The translations under genes were made by a program, and so were the position numbers. 64,000 nt of DNA, taken from Octopus vulgaris (Eukaryota). This document shows, one piece after another, positions 36,731-49,540 of the stretch. The notes below the pieces were generated by a model, which did no database searches, had not been told where the DNA came from, and saw nothing but the letters and a program-made list of their open reading frames with translations. Position 1 is the first letter of the stretch. Each line of letters begins with the position of its first letter. Location: positions 2,666,001 to 2,730,000 of the forward strand of contig OX597839.1 in NCBI GenBank assembly GCA_951406725.2, written 5' to 3'.

Positions 36731-38737
36731 AGGGCGGTGCCCCAGCATGGCCTCAGCCGGATGGCTGAAACAAGTAAAAGAGTATATATATATATACATG
36801 TGTGTGTGTATTTATGAGTAGGCGTGCATATATGTATTCAGGTATATGTATATATATAAGTACGTGTGTATACCTACGCGTGTTTATATGTGTATATAAA
36901 TTGTGTAGCTATGTAGTATATTATGTGTGAATGAATATATATACACACACGTTCAGAGAGAGAGAGATCGGGACTCCTCACACACGCTGTTTGTCAAACA
37001 TACACACACATATATACATACATACATACATACAGACAGATAGACAGACACAGTCCTTCTCATTTTAATATCTGTCAGACAGATTCTTCACCAAGAAATT
37101 CGTTCATTATTTTTTCTTGTGTGTGTGTGTATGTGTGTACCTGGTTTTAACTCGTTTGTTTTGACAGGTGAACAACGAAATCTACACGTTTGTAGTGATG
37201 GGTAGGTGGCTGAATGAATGGTTAAGACAGGTAATATATATATAGGTAGATAGAATATTCACGTTTTTATCCACTTTGTTCCCTTTTTCATTTGTATATA
37301 TATTCTCAACCATCCTTCAATTTGTGTGATCTGTCTATCTATTTATCAATCAATCAATCATATACCTTTCCCCTTAGCCATATATCTTCAGTATTCACAA
37401 TCAGCATAAATACTGCCAGCTGAATGCCATCAACTTTGCTGAGGAGGTCTTATTAAGGCCGAAACACAACTATTACTTTCTCTGAAAACTAGACCCTTCG
37501 CTCGCATATTTACTGAGTATATTGTCCAAAGATTTCATCTGATCTTATTTGTGTTACTTCCTTTGCTCGACTTTCAGTGTTAAACACCTCAAGTAGGAAG
37601 TTTTTACTTCCGAATCGCCTGGACAATCGCAGAATATCTACTTTATATTATCTTATTACGTGTGTGAAACTCTTATTCTATTTGTATTAAACTAGTAGAA
37701 ATCGCCTGAGGTATTTTTCCTTCGACCCCTATTGGCTTACATTTTTGTGGGTGTCATTAATTTTCGAGCCCCGTCCTCTATTATTTCGTCTGCTGAAACA
37801 TCCCTTTTGTTAAAGATCACTGAACAAAAATATTCCAACGTAACCCTTCCATATTTTTGATTTTAAGTGTTTTATCTTGGAGCATATTAACACAAATGTA
37901 CTCCTTACGACTTTCTCATTAACTTTCAGAAAAAAAAAATTTAATTAAATTTTTCTACAGTTACTTTTCAGATGGTATACTTAACGACTATACCTATCTT
38001 GGATTACATTATCCAATGCCTTTTTTTTTTCCTTCTTAAGACAATAGTAGTAGGGATATAATACGTTCGAGATTTGGCTATTATTTCTAGCTGCTCTGTT
38101 GCTGACTTAGAGGCTCCCTATTCCTTGTTCGATCCCTTAAAAAATTTTCCTGTCGCTCTGTTATATCTTTACACACACTTACGCTGCTTCTATCTGTAGA
38201 CTTATGTTGAAACCAGGAATGGTTACTAATTTTCTGAATATTTCTCGAGCACTTTTGCTGAAAAAAATGGCCCGTTAAGGTTAATTTTGATCTACCTTGT
38301 GAAGTATGCGTCTTCATACCGTGTGCGTATATATATTATTACCAACATTAATCTGCAGAATTTACAGGGATTCGAGGGGCTACAGTTTCGTGCATTGATT
38401 AGCGACTTATAAAGCTAAATAATAATCCTTTCTACTATAATAGGCACAAGGCCTGAAATTTTGGAGTAGGGGACTAGTCGATTACATTGACCCCAGTACT
38501 TAATTTATCGATCCCGAAAGGATGAAAGGCAAAGTGGACCTAGGCGGAATTTGAACTCAGAACTTAAAGACGGATAAAATGCGTTGTCTAGCGTGCTCAC
38601 CAGCTTAATGATGATGATGATAATAATAATAATAGTATATTACATACACACACACAGAGGCAGAGTTGTGTGTGTATGTATATTCTGCTGTGACAGATTT
38701 CCATAGTTAGAAAATCTGGATATTATATAAATTTCCT

Positions 38738-38828
38738 GGCGAAGGTACAGAATACGTACACCACCCGTTTTCGGCATAAGAAAAACCCTAACCCTAAACA
38801 CAGGGTGTACATATTCTTTACTTTCGCC
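38738..38828. mobile_element. Tiny MITE with ~25-bp TIRs and internal AACCCTAACCCTAA
   Basis: GGCGAAGGTACAGAATACGTACACC ... GGTGTACATATTCTTTACTTTCGCC; degenerate flanking 8-mers AATTTCCT / AATTTTTC. Confidence 0.6.
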
Positions 38829-39299
38829 AATTTTTCCATAGCTTTATAGTACTACCTTCATATCATAGTTAGCCGTCAAAGCAATGATAATTATTTGCAC
38901 TCACATGTGTGTATGTATGTATGTATGAATAGATTGATAAATAATCTGGTTGACCTTATGTACATAATACACACCCGTACACCCAGGGGCATACTTCAGT
39001 TTATGTCTTTTTCGACTAGGCTTCGTTTTCGTTAATGGCAAAAACATACCTAAAATTCAATAGATTTATCCTATTTAATGTCGGTCTCAGCCAACATATT
39101 TTCGAAAACATAAAAATTTAAAAAGAAAAACACTTAAAAACCAATACTGAAATGAAAAATCAAATAAAATAAGTATGATAGATAGTATGAAGAAATCATA
39201 TTTATTAAAACACATGAACTAATGCATTTTTAAAAATGTTTTTCGGGTTAAGTCGGATATCTTGGTACCGACTACCGACATAAGTTGAAGTATGCTTGC

Positions 39300-39347
<48 letters not shown>

Positions 39348-41259
39348 ATTATCAAGTAACATTTCTTGTACTTTTTCTCGTATCTGAGTGTATAACGCAT
39401 GAAAATGTGTACCGAGTTATATTTCAGGAGGGTCTTGTTACCTCTACTATATATATATATATATGTATAAATATACATACCGGTTTCCCAGGTGAAGTCT
39501 AAGTATAAAAATAGTACGACTTATACACGAGTAAATTACTCTGTATGTGTGTGTGTGTGTGTGCATATACACACACACACACACTGTTTGTGTAGGTTTT
39601 ATAGGTATTAAAATCCTTAAATCAATCTATTTAATGGTTTATTCTGGCACGGCATGTGAGTGAGTAAACCATTAAACTGATGTGTTTAAAGGTTTTGATA
39701 CCTATAAAACACACACACTCACACACACACACATATATATATTTGCACCTTATACCTTCCTCTGCAAATGTATGCATGGTGTGCATATATTTTTGCTCCA
39801 ATAAACCCATTGATTATTATCAGATCGATAGACAAGAGAGATGGTTATCGTTGCTCTTGTTCAGCGCCCCTTCTCCCCTCACATATCAGCCATAATTTAG
39901 GGCATTGAATCTGTGACCATCCAGTCTGATTTTGTATATCAGCAACAACGTTTTTCCTTTCTTTCTTTGAGGGGGTTTCAGCGAGATTTTGGCTTGTATC
40001 TCATTTAGTTCGTGTAATCGCATCCGCACGCAGTGTTCCTCGTTGGAAGTTTATAGAATCTAGGATTTAACTCCAGATTAGCCCTGGACCTACCTACAGA
40101 TTTATAATCAAAGCCGTTCCAATAGTGATCATCCTACTGTTTTATTACTATTATTATAAACATTTTCGGATACTTGTGCATGTATATTTAGGACTCCATT
40201 CTCCAATGTGTTATTCCTTTGTACAGATTTGAGTATAATTTCAGGGAGATATTTGGTTGCTATCTCTGCCATATAATACGACCACGTAGAAACCTTTTTC
40301 TCTGTTTTTTTTTTATTAGCTTCAATAAAACACCCAGTTATGTACAGGGTTTGAATATCATTAATTGTGTGTAGGGGAGGCCTTGTGATATGTTTTTTTT
40401 TAATTTTCATTTAACGATGGTCGTCACGAAAAAGGATCTTGACTCTCCGCCACCGCAGCCCCCCCCTTCCCCACTATTTCTTCCCCATTCTCGCTATTGT
40501 TGCGTTTCTAATTCCTGCTCCCTTTTAAAAGGGAGCAGCAAGGGAGGAGTCAGGGAACAGGCGATAGTGAGCGAACAAGCAAAGCAAGAAAGCAACACGC
40601 ATTAACTACAATTTTACCATTTGCTATATATCATCACCACCACCACCACCACCGCCGCCGTCATCATCATCACCATCAAGCCCAGGTGTGTTCTGGCATA
40701 CACAAAGAAGACTACCACTCTTCCCTTCTTTCTGTCTGTGTGTCTGTGTAGGTTCCTTTAGCTTTTTTTCTTCTTCCATAGTTTAAACTTTTTTGCGGGC
40801 GGATGGCGACTCCAACATACGTTTGTACACACACACACACATATATTCTTCGCACCTCATACCTTCATATTCTTTACATGTATTAAAGCCCTTTCTCATT
40901 CATCTGACATAAAATAACGTACATTTGTATGTATATATAAAAGCAGGGAATGGAGGGTACTTATGAGGTATTCCCATTTCTGGGAAGTAAAGTAGCTTTT
41001 AACCAAGTCATCTCTCTTGGACGAAATGGACAACATTCCATACCATCTTACAACAAACCTAGGAGCTGCGCACCCAAGCCCGACCTTAGGCACGCACGCA
41101 CACACATACACATTTTGGAGTTCTTTTGGTGCTGTTGGATGAGAACTAAGATTTCAGAGGTTTAAATTCTTCTTTTTTTTTAGAAACTAGTTTCTTCGCC
41201 ATTTTTCTAAGAAGATAAAATAAATGTGATGTTCCTTTCTGTCATAAAAAAAAAAAAAT

Positions 41260-41592
41260 TCCTGCGTGGCATCTTGGGCAAGTATCTTCTGCTATAGCCC
41301 CGGGCCGACCAATGCCTTGTGAGTGGATTTGGTAGACGGAAACTGAAAGAAGCCTGTCGTATATCTGTATATATATATGTGTGTGTGTGCGTCTGTGTTT
41401 GTCCCCCTAGCATTGCTTGAGAACCGATGCTGGTGTGTTTACGTCCCCGTCACTTAGCGGTTCGGCAAAAAGAGACATAGAATAAGTACTGGGCTTACAA
41501 AGAATAAGTCCCGGGGTCGATTTGCTCGACTAAAGGCGGTGCTCCAGCATGGCCGCAGTCAAATGACTGAAACAAGTAAAAGGGTAAAAGAG
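41260..41592 (+). mobile_element. SINE-A copy, 5'-truncated
   Basis: Begins at CTGCGTGGCATCTTGGGC; remainder homologous. Confidence 0.9.
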
Positions 41593-42412
41593 TATGTATG
41601 CTTGTGAACATGAACACACATCTAATAATGTATGATGTGTGTATGTGCTATATTATGCCAAAATAAACACACACACACACGTGTGTGTGTAGGTAGTGTA
41701 TAAGAAAGATTAAGGATGTGAAGATGAGCTCACGTCTAATGTGTGTGTGTGTGTGTGCACATATGCTTGATCATGATTGCAAAAATAAACACACGTATGT
41801 ATGTATGTATGCATGTTTGTATGTGTGTGTTGATAGTACACAAGATTTGTGAACACGAACGTGTGTGTGTAAGTGTGGTTGCGAAAATGAACGCTTATAT
41901 GTATGTATTTGTGTGTGTAATAAATCTATAGATAAATAAATAGTCTGGTGTGTGAGAGTGCGTGCTAAAAGTGTGGTTGTGAAAGATTGGTGATGGTGGT
42001 AGGCATTGCTTTGGGACTTTCTTTATACCGTACCACCTCTCCACGTACCTACCTACCTACCTTCCTACCCATCCCTTCAAAAGCAAAGACGAAATAAAAG
42101 CAGGGAATGGAGGGAGTTACGAGGTAAGGTATTTTATTTCTGGGAAGTAAAGTAGCTTTTAACCAAGTCATCTCTCTCTCTCTCTTCTCTTCTCTTCTCT
42201 CTCTTTCGTTTCTCCATCATCACAGCTGCTGTCTCGGATTTCTGGCGAAAAGCTGAATTATCAACATTTTTTTTTCTTCTTTTTACTTCAAACCCTCTCT
42301 GATCATTAACCAACACCCTGATTCTGACTAAGTTTAAATTAATATAAATAACCCCTTTTTGCTCCCTTCTTTTCTTTTCATTTCAGAAATACAATTTGTT
42401 TTGAGTGTGCAT

Positions 42413-42465
<53 letters not shown>

Positions 42466-42535
42466 AACACTTTATTAATAAAGCTGCAAAGCCATCACAA
42501 AAACTGTTTCATGTTCCCGTTCATCGGACACCTAG

Positions 42536-42583
42536 AAAAACTGTCCGACGAACGGGAACGTGAAACTCTGAGTAACAGTTTTT
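42536..42583 (+). ncRNA. Minimal type-I hammerhead-ribozyme-like motif (U4C variant)
   Basis: AAAAACTGT-CCGACGA-ACG(GGAA)CGT-GAA-ACTC(T)GAGT-A-ACAGTTTTT: stems I, II and III pair perfectly, with a GUA cleavage triplet. Confidence 0.65.
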
Positions 42584-42682
42584 ATGATGGCTTTGCAGAC
42601 TTATTAACAAAGCATATTACTCTACCTCTGGTATTCGAGTATTATTTTTTCCATCTTGTTTCACATTTATGTGCATACTCTG

Positions 42683-42720
<38 letters not shown>

Positions 42721-44546
42721 ATCCAGCCTGTTTAGTGTTGACTGTTGGAAAAAAAGAGTACTTGGTACCATTGTCTAGATTAATGGTTGAGTCAGTCTCC
42801 TGCTACTTTGAGTTTCGCCTGTGGATGCAAAGGGTCTTCAGATAAATTATGATAGTCATAACTAGTCTGAAGATCCTTGCACCTCCCGGTGAAACTCATT
42901 AGCAAGAGAATTGACTCAATCAAAATAAACACACACACACACACACATATATATGTCTCAATTTAATAGACATCCAGAAAGAGCTATTTATTGTGTCATG
43001 CTAGTTAAAGTACCATAAAAGCATGAAACTATTAGTAGCTCTTTCAGGATATCTATTAAATTGATATTTAACTTTCACTGGATAGAGTAGTTTTTTGTTT
43101 TTTGCTGATTCTGCCTATATTGGACTTATAAACTATTTAAAAAAAAAAAAGGGAGTAAAGATCCCTTTTGGTCATGAATGACTGTGGGATTACACCTAGA
43201 AAGTTCCCATCCCAGGCACACGTTCAGGCAAGGTTGTTTATGGAAGACCAGCAGTCAGCCATGCATACCAGTCTCCCCCACCGATGTTGTCCAAGGGAAA
43301 GGCAAAGGCCGATACAGCTTGGCAATTCATTTCTACTGTTGAGTAAACTGGAGCAACACGAAATAACGTATCTTGCTCAAGAACACAATACACAGCTTGG
43401 TCTGGGAATTGAACTCACTACCTCATGATTGTGGACCCAATGTTCTAATCACTGAGCTGAGCACCATCGGAGTGCCAGCGTAGCCTTACTGGCACTTGAG
43501 CCCCGTGCTAGTAGGGTATTAAGAGCACCATCCAAATGTGATCATTACCAGAGCGCCTATCTGGCCTCCGTGCTGGTAGCTCGTAAAAGACACCATTTGA
43601 GTGTGATCGTTACCAGCATCGCCTTACTGGCACCCACTACACTCTCGGAGTGGTTGGCATTAGGAAGGGCATCCAGCTGTAGAAACTCTGCCAGATCAAG
43701 ATTGAAGTCTGGTGCAGCCATCTGGTTCGCCAGCCCTCAGTCAAATCGTCCAACCCACGCTAGCATGGAAAGCGGACATTAAACAATGATGATGACAATG
43801 ATGATATATATATATATATAGTATGTGTGTCTGTGTATGTATGTATGTGTTGCATGTATATATAGGGCTATAGTACCAAATTGATAAAACTAACTCTGAT
43901 GGTCGTTCTAGGGTAGGGTCATAAAACTCTATTCTGTAAGCTGTAACCATATATATATATGTATATAAAATACTTGTCTAAGGAATTGAATTCTCTGCAG
44001 TGCATATTATGATGCTTGTACCTCCTAACGAGTTACACAAATACACTCACATGTGTATGTGTGTGTATTTTTATCTATTTATATATCTTCTATTTTCTGC
44101 TTGTTTCAGTCATTGGACTGTGGCCATGCTGGGGCACCACCTTGAAGTGTCTCTAGTCAAATAGACACCTGTCTGGTACTTATTCCACAGTTCTCTTTGG
44201 ACTGCTAAGTTACGGGAACATAAACAAACCAACATTTGTTGTTAAACAAGAGAGTGGACAAATACACACATACATGCACACATGCTTATATATGTGATGG
44301 GCTTCTACATAGTTTCTGTCTTCCAAATTCACTCACAAGGTATGGACATGATCAGTCGAAATACTCAGATAATCTTTGGCATTTGACTCTGACCTGAAGA
44401 ACAAGTATAGAGCCAAGAGAATTCTGTGATATGGTCGCCAAATCATTGTAAAGCCATGTCTCTCCTACATAGTAGGGAGACAAACAATCAGGGCTGAAGG
44501 CTTTTTCAGCCTGTCTTCAGACATCAGCTTGTCCCAAATTGTGGTA

Positions 44547-44770
44547 GGCGAGTTGGCAGAAATGTTAGCACGCCAGGCAAAATGCTTAGCAGTATTTCAT
44601 CTGCTGTTGTGTTCTGAGTTCAAATTCCGCCGAGGTCGACTTTGCCTTTCATCCTTTTGGGGTCGATATATTAAGTACCAGTTATGCACTGGGGTCGATG
44701 TAATCGACTTAATCCGTTTGTCCTTGTTTGTCCTCTCTGTGTTTAGCCCCTTGTGGGTAATAAAGAAATA
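44547..44770 (+). mobile_element. SINE-B copy
   Basis: Full-length homologue. Confidence 0.88.
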
Positions 44771-45282
44771 GGTAGGTGGTAGGGGAGGATGAACGATGAT
44801 TCTTCAGAGAAGATGACATTGTTCCAATGAGCCCTTTTCTTTCCGCTTTTGAATGATAAATGCGGACAGGAGAGGTTTATCAGTTGCAGTCTTCCCATGT
44901 CATCCAGCTTTATGGAGCTCACAATGAACAGTTTTTTGGTTGACAGGGTATTGGTTTAGCTCTGCTGTTACTTCTGCTGCTGCAGCTTGATGGTTTTTAG
45001 ATGCAATATCTTTCACTAATTCTGCAGTCCATCTTTGTGAGTTTTGCCTTCATCATTATCATCAAACATTCGTCCATGCAGGCATGGGTTGAGCTGCAAG
45101 CTGGGGAGCTGCACCAGACTCCAGTCTGATTTGGTATGGTTTCCACGACCAGATGTCCTTTCTAATGCTAATCACTTTACAGGGTGTGCTGGGCGCTTTT
45201 ACATGGCACCACATTATACTTGGTTTGGAATGCCAACATCATTTCAAAGACTGTTCTCAAAACATTTAAACAATTTAGCAGT

Positions 45283-45510
45283 TTAACCTTTTGGCATTCA
45301 TGTTATTCTGTCAAAAGTAATGCTTATTTATTCACATTGTTTTCAATGAATCCTGCATTATCTTGTAGCTTCAAGATTTTGATGAGATAACTGTTAATTC
45401 TTAGAATGATATTGTAGGGTTAGTATGAGAGGCCAGATCTGGTCAGTTTGAACAGAAAACAGGTAGAATGTTTTGTCTGGATATGGCCGGTTTAAATGCT
45501 AAAGGTTTAA
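45283..45510. mobile_element. TTAA MITE (piggyBac-type), complete copy
   Basis: TTAA-CCTTTTGGCATT ... AATGCTAAAGGT-TTAA: terminal inverted repeats bounded by TTAA. Confidence 0.8.
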
Positions 45511-46206
45511 TAACTGAAGCTCCAACCATTTATGTGCCAGAACATAAGTACACACAAGATAAGACCTCTCAACTGAACAGGGTACAGACTGGAGGACAAA
45601 GAAACTATGCTAGAGGGAGAGGAATAGGCATTCATTTATATCACAGTAGCATTTGTTATTTTTTGTTTTTATCTTTCTGATAGTCAAAGTTACCCTTTTT
45701 TTCCTCTACTTTTCAAACTATGGTTATGCTGTCATCCAATAAAAATTCCTTTCTTCTGCATTAAAGTAAGCACTGGTGATGGTGCCATGTTAAAAGCACT
45801 GGTGCCACATAAAAAGCAGTGGTAAGAAGCTTGCTTCCCAACCACATGGTTCCATGTTTGGTTCCACTTTGTAGATCTGTCTGTCCATCTGTCCATCCAA
45901 AAACCTACCCAGATATACAAGATCTTTTCTGAGTCATGTAAACTCATAGAGCTGGTTTCCGTGGTACATATATTTCCTGTAGGATAGGGCCCTGGTCCAT
46001 TGCAGGATTGCTCATTTTTGTCAGCTGAGTGAACTGGAATGACATGAAATGAAGTGTTTTGCTCAAGAACTCAAAATGCATTGCCCAGTACAGTAATTGA
46101 AACCACAATCTTATGATCATGAGTCCAACACCCTAACCACTAAGCCATGTGTGCCTTCATGATTTGATAGATGGAAGTGGAAAAAAAACCTGTTGTATCT
46201 ATGTAT

Positions 46207-46600
46207 AGGTGCAGGCATGTTTATGTGGTAAGCGACTTACTTCACAACCACATGGTTTTAGGTTCAGTCCCACTATGTGGCACCTTGGGCAAGTGTCTTC
46301 TACTGTAGCCTTGGGCTGATCAAAGGCTTGTGAGTGGACTTGTTAGATGGAAACTGAAAGAAGCCCGTCATATATGTATATGTTTATGTGTGTATGTTTG
46401 TATTTGTCCATGCTACCATTATTTGACAACTGATGTTGGTGTGTTTACGTTCCCATAACTTAGCAGTTAGACAAAAGAGACCAATAGAGTGAGTACTAGG
46501 CTTATATAGAATAAGTCCTGGGGATCGATTTGACTAAAATCCTTTAAGGTGGTGCTCCAGCATGGCTGCAGTGAAATGACTGAAACAGGTAAAAGAAAAG
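46207..46600 (+). mobile_element. SINE-A copy (older)
   Basis: Homologous with CpG>TpG decay. Confidence 0.85.
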
Positions 46601-47282
46601 TATATATATATATATATATATATAAATGTGGGTGTGTATGTGACGGGGTAGGTGAGTATATGTTCATATCTCCTTGATGGCTATAAATGAGTATTTCTGT
46701 CATACAACTGTTGTTATTTATTTCCGATGCCTTCAAAAACATGTCTGGCTATGGAGGAAATATTACCTCGTTAGGAAGGTAACGAGGAAGACGAAAACTA
46801 TAAAATTCCAGTCCCTTGAGATATTGCATAACTGAGAAAATATGTATAAATAGGTTAACTGTGAAATAAAATGAGAGCACTAAACAAACTTGAATGCATT
46901 AACTAGAACAATTTCTAAGTAGAATTGCAAACATGGTCCTCCTTGTAGAGGTATGGAACAACAACTTGCAGCTACCTTTGTTTGTTGCTATTTGTGAAAA
47001 TATCATTCCCACAGTTATCATCATAATCATCAAAGTTTTAGCATGTATTTTTTCATGATTGCGCACATTGGATGATGTGCATTGGGCAGATTTTCTATGA
47101 CTAGGTGACTTTCCTCTCACCAACCTCGCCTGTTTCCAAGCAAGTATGACAGTGTTATGTGTTTACAACTATTACATGTTGTCAAGACAAGGAGACACAA
47201 ACATATACTCACACACATGACCTGCCCACTACAATACAACTTAGATCCTACAACCAAGGAACCACATAAAAGGCATTGGTTG

Positions 47283-47410
47283 GGTGCTGGTGCCACATAA
47301 AAGGTGCTGGTGCCACATAAAAAGCACTGGTGCTGGTGCCACATAAAAAGCACTGCTGCTGGTGCCACATGAAAAGCGATGGTGATGGTGCCATGTAAAA
47401 AGCACTGGTG
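47283..47410 (+). repeat. Tandem array of GGTGCCACATAAAAAGCACT units
   Basis: Five units of the RTE-3'UTR motif; a smaller array lies at 45770-45820. Confidence 0.8.
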
Positions 47411-47549
47411 ATGTGTGCACATTATCTCAATTCACAGTTATCTTAGATAAAATTCACAGGAATATCCCAGGTTCACTCTTTCCATCTAACTAACTAAATT
47501 ATTTAGGACACAGTTTGCATTCTATATTGAACATATCTATCTATATCTA

Positions 47550-47600
<51 letters not shown>

Positions 47601-47601
47601 A

Positions 47602-47637
<36 letters not shown>

Positions 47638-47640
47638 CTA

Positions 47641-47679
<39 letters not shown>

Positions 47680-47871
47680 ATATCTATATCTATCTATATA
47701 TATATATATATATATATATATAGATGCATTTATATGCACCAGCACACAATATACAGGCAATTGTATACTCACATGCATGAACTTGCACCTTTTCTTAACC
47801 ATTTCGACTCAATACTGATCCTTATCACATGACGTCAACGTCATCTTGATAGCCTTTGTGCACATGCGCAC

Positions 47872-47920
<49 letters not shown>

Positions 47921-48096
47921 CATAGACACACTGACACACACACATACACCCTTATATCTGCATACTGCTTTTATCACATAGATAGCTGAATGGGCAGTGA
48001 CTGCTGCAATTACATTTGTTGGACAAAGTGATGTCCACTGCTCATTTGGCCAGCTGACTGTCAGCATCTACATAAACTCACATTTCTTAACTGCAT

Positions 48097-48136
48097 TCTT
48101 CTGATGACGGGCCATTGTGCTCGAAATATATAAAGG
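48097..48136 (+). ncRNA. Minimal type-I hammerhead-ribozyme-like motif with canonical core
   Basis: TCTT-CTGATGA-C-GGGC(CATTGT)GCTC-GAA-ATATAT-A-AAGG; palindromic stem III, AUA cleavage triplet. Confidence 0.55.
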
Positions 48137-48654
48137 TTGCTCAAATTCCTCTGTGCATTGTAAGAAGCTCTCTTTTCTTTTTGTTTGTTATTCTATTTCT
48201 CTATCAGAATGCTTCATGCAAGCTATAACACTCTTCTTAAAATCATAAGTACTGGAGTCGATTCATTTGACTAAAAATTCTTCAGGATGGTGCCCCAGCA
48301 TGGCAACAGTTTAATGACTGAAACAAGTAAAAGATAGAAGATATATCTTGAATTGACCCCAGTACTTATTTTTTTTCATCATAAGCCTGGTACTTATTCT
48401 ATCGATCGGTTTTGCTGAACTGTTAAGTTACAGAGATGTAAACAAATCAACAGCGGTTATCAAGTAGTGGTGGCTGAGAAACACACACACATTTATATGG
48501 CGAGCTTCTTTCAGTTTCTGTTTACCAATTCCACTCGTAAGGCTTTGATTGGGCTAAGGATATAGTAGAAGATGCTTGCTCAAGGTGTCATGCAGTGGGA
48601 CCAAATATGGGACAATGGGTTTGGGAAGTAAGCTTCTTACCACACAAATATATA

Positions 48655-49540
48655 TCTACTACATATGTGGGAAATTCTGTCTGTGGGTGTGTTTGTGGAG
48701 TTGTTAGCTAACTCCTTCTACATCATTTTATTGATTTTGATGAAATGTGACACGTGAGTAGAACTTGTATCTGGAAACCTCTTGGCATACTCAGATTGTT
48801 GAAAAAATTGATAATAGGCCCCCTGGAAGGGATCCTTATATATATCTAATATATTTCATTTTAAAAACCAACAGAAATAACCCATTCTCCCCTGGAAGGG
48901 ATCCTTATATAAAGCCAAGGGAAATATTTTCCTAAATTATTTGGTAAAAATGAAATTGAGTATTCTTATTTCTTAGTATTTGAACTGTTAGTTATTTTCG
49001 CAATTTATCCAGTACAACCCTTAAACAAGTAAATAGTATTTTCCTAAACAATAGATTCACTTATTTCAGTTAGTGACTTATTCACGAATATACCAACACT
49101 AGTGCCCCTGAGGGTAATATTCTCTGAGAACACACAAAAGCCATTTGCAGAGTTACTTATTTTGAATTGTTATCATCTCATATCTGATTAGCCTGTTATT
49201 ATTTTAGTATACATACCTTATTAGTATTTCCTCCTATGTTCTATATACTCTGGGAATGCGTTGAAGCCCTTTTCGGGGCTACTTTATTTGAATTCTTACT
49301 ATCGGGTAACTAATTTCATGTTATTACATAACTGACTTCACAATTTGGGTATTCATAACTTATTGGGAATTCCTAAAAACAAGATCCTGTGTAAGACAGT
49401 TGGGTATTCTCTGTAAATGCACAAAAACCGTTTTAAGGGCTACATACTTTGTATTTTTGTTGTTGGATTAGCGAAACAATTATGAGAACGGAACCAAGGG
49501 ATAAGCCCAGCTTTCTGGGAATTACCAGGCACGTCAGCTA

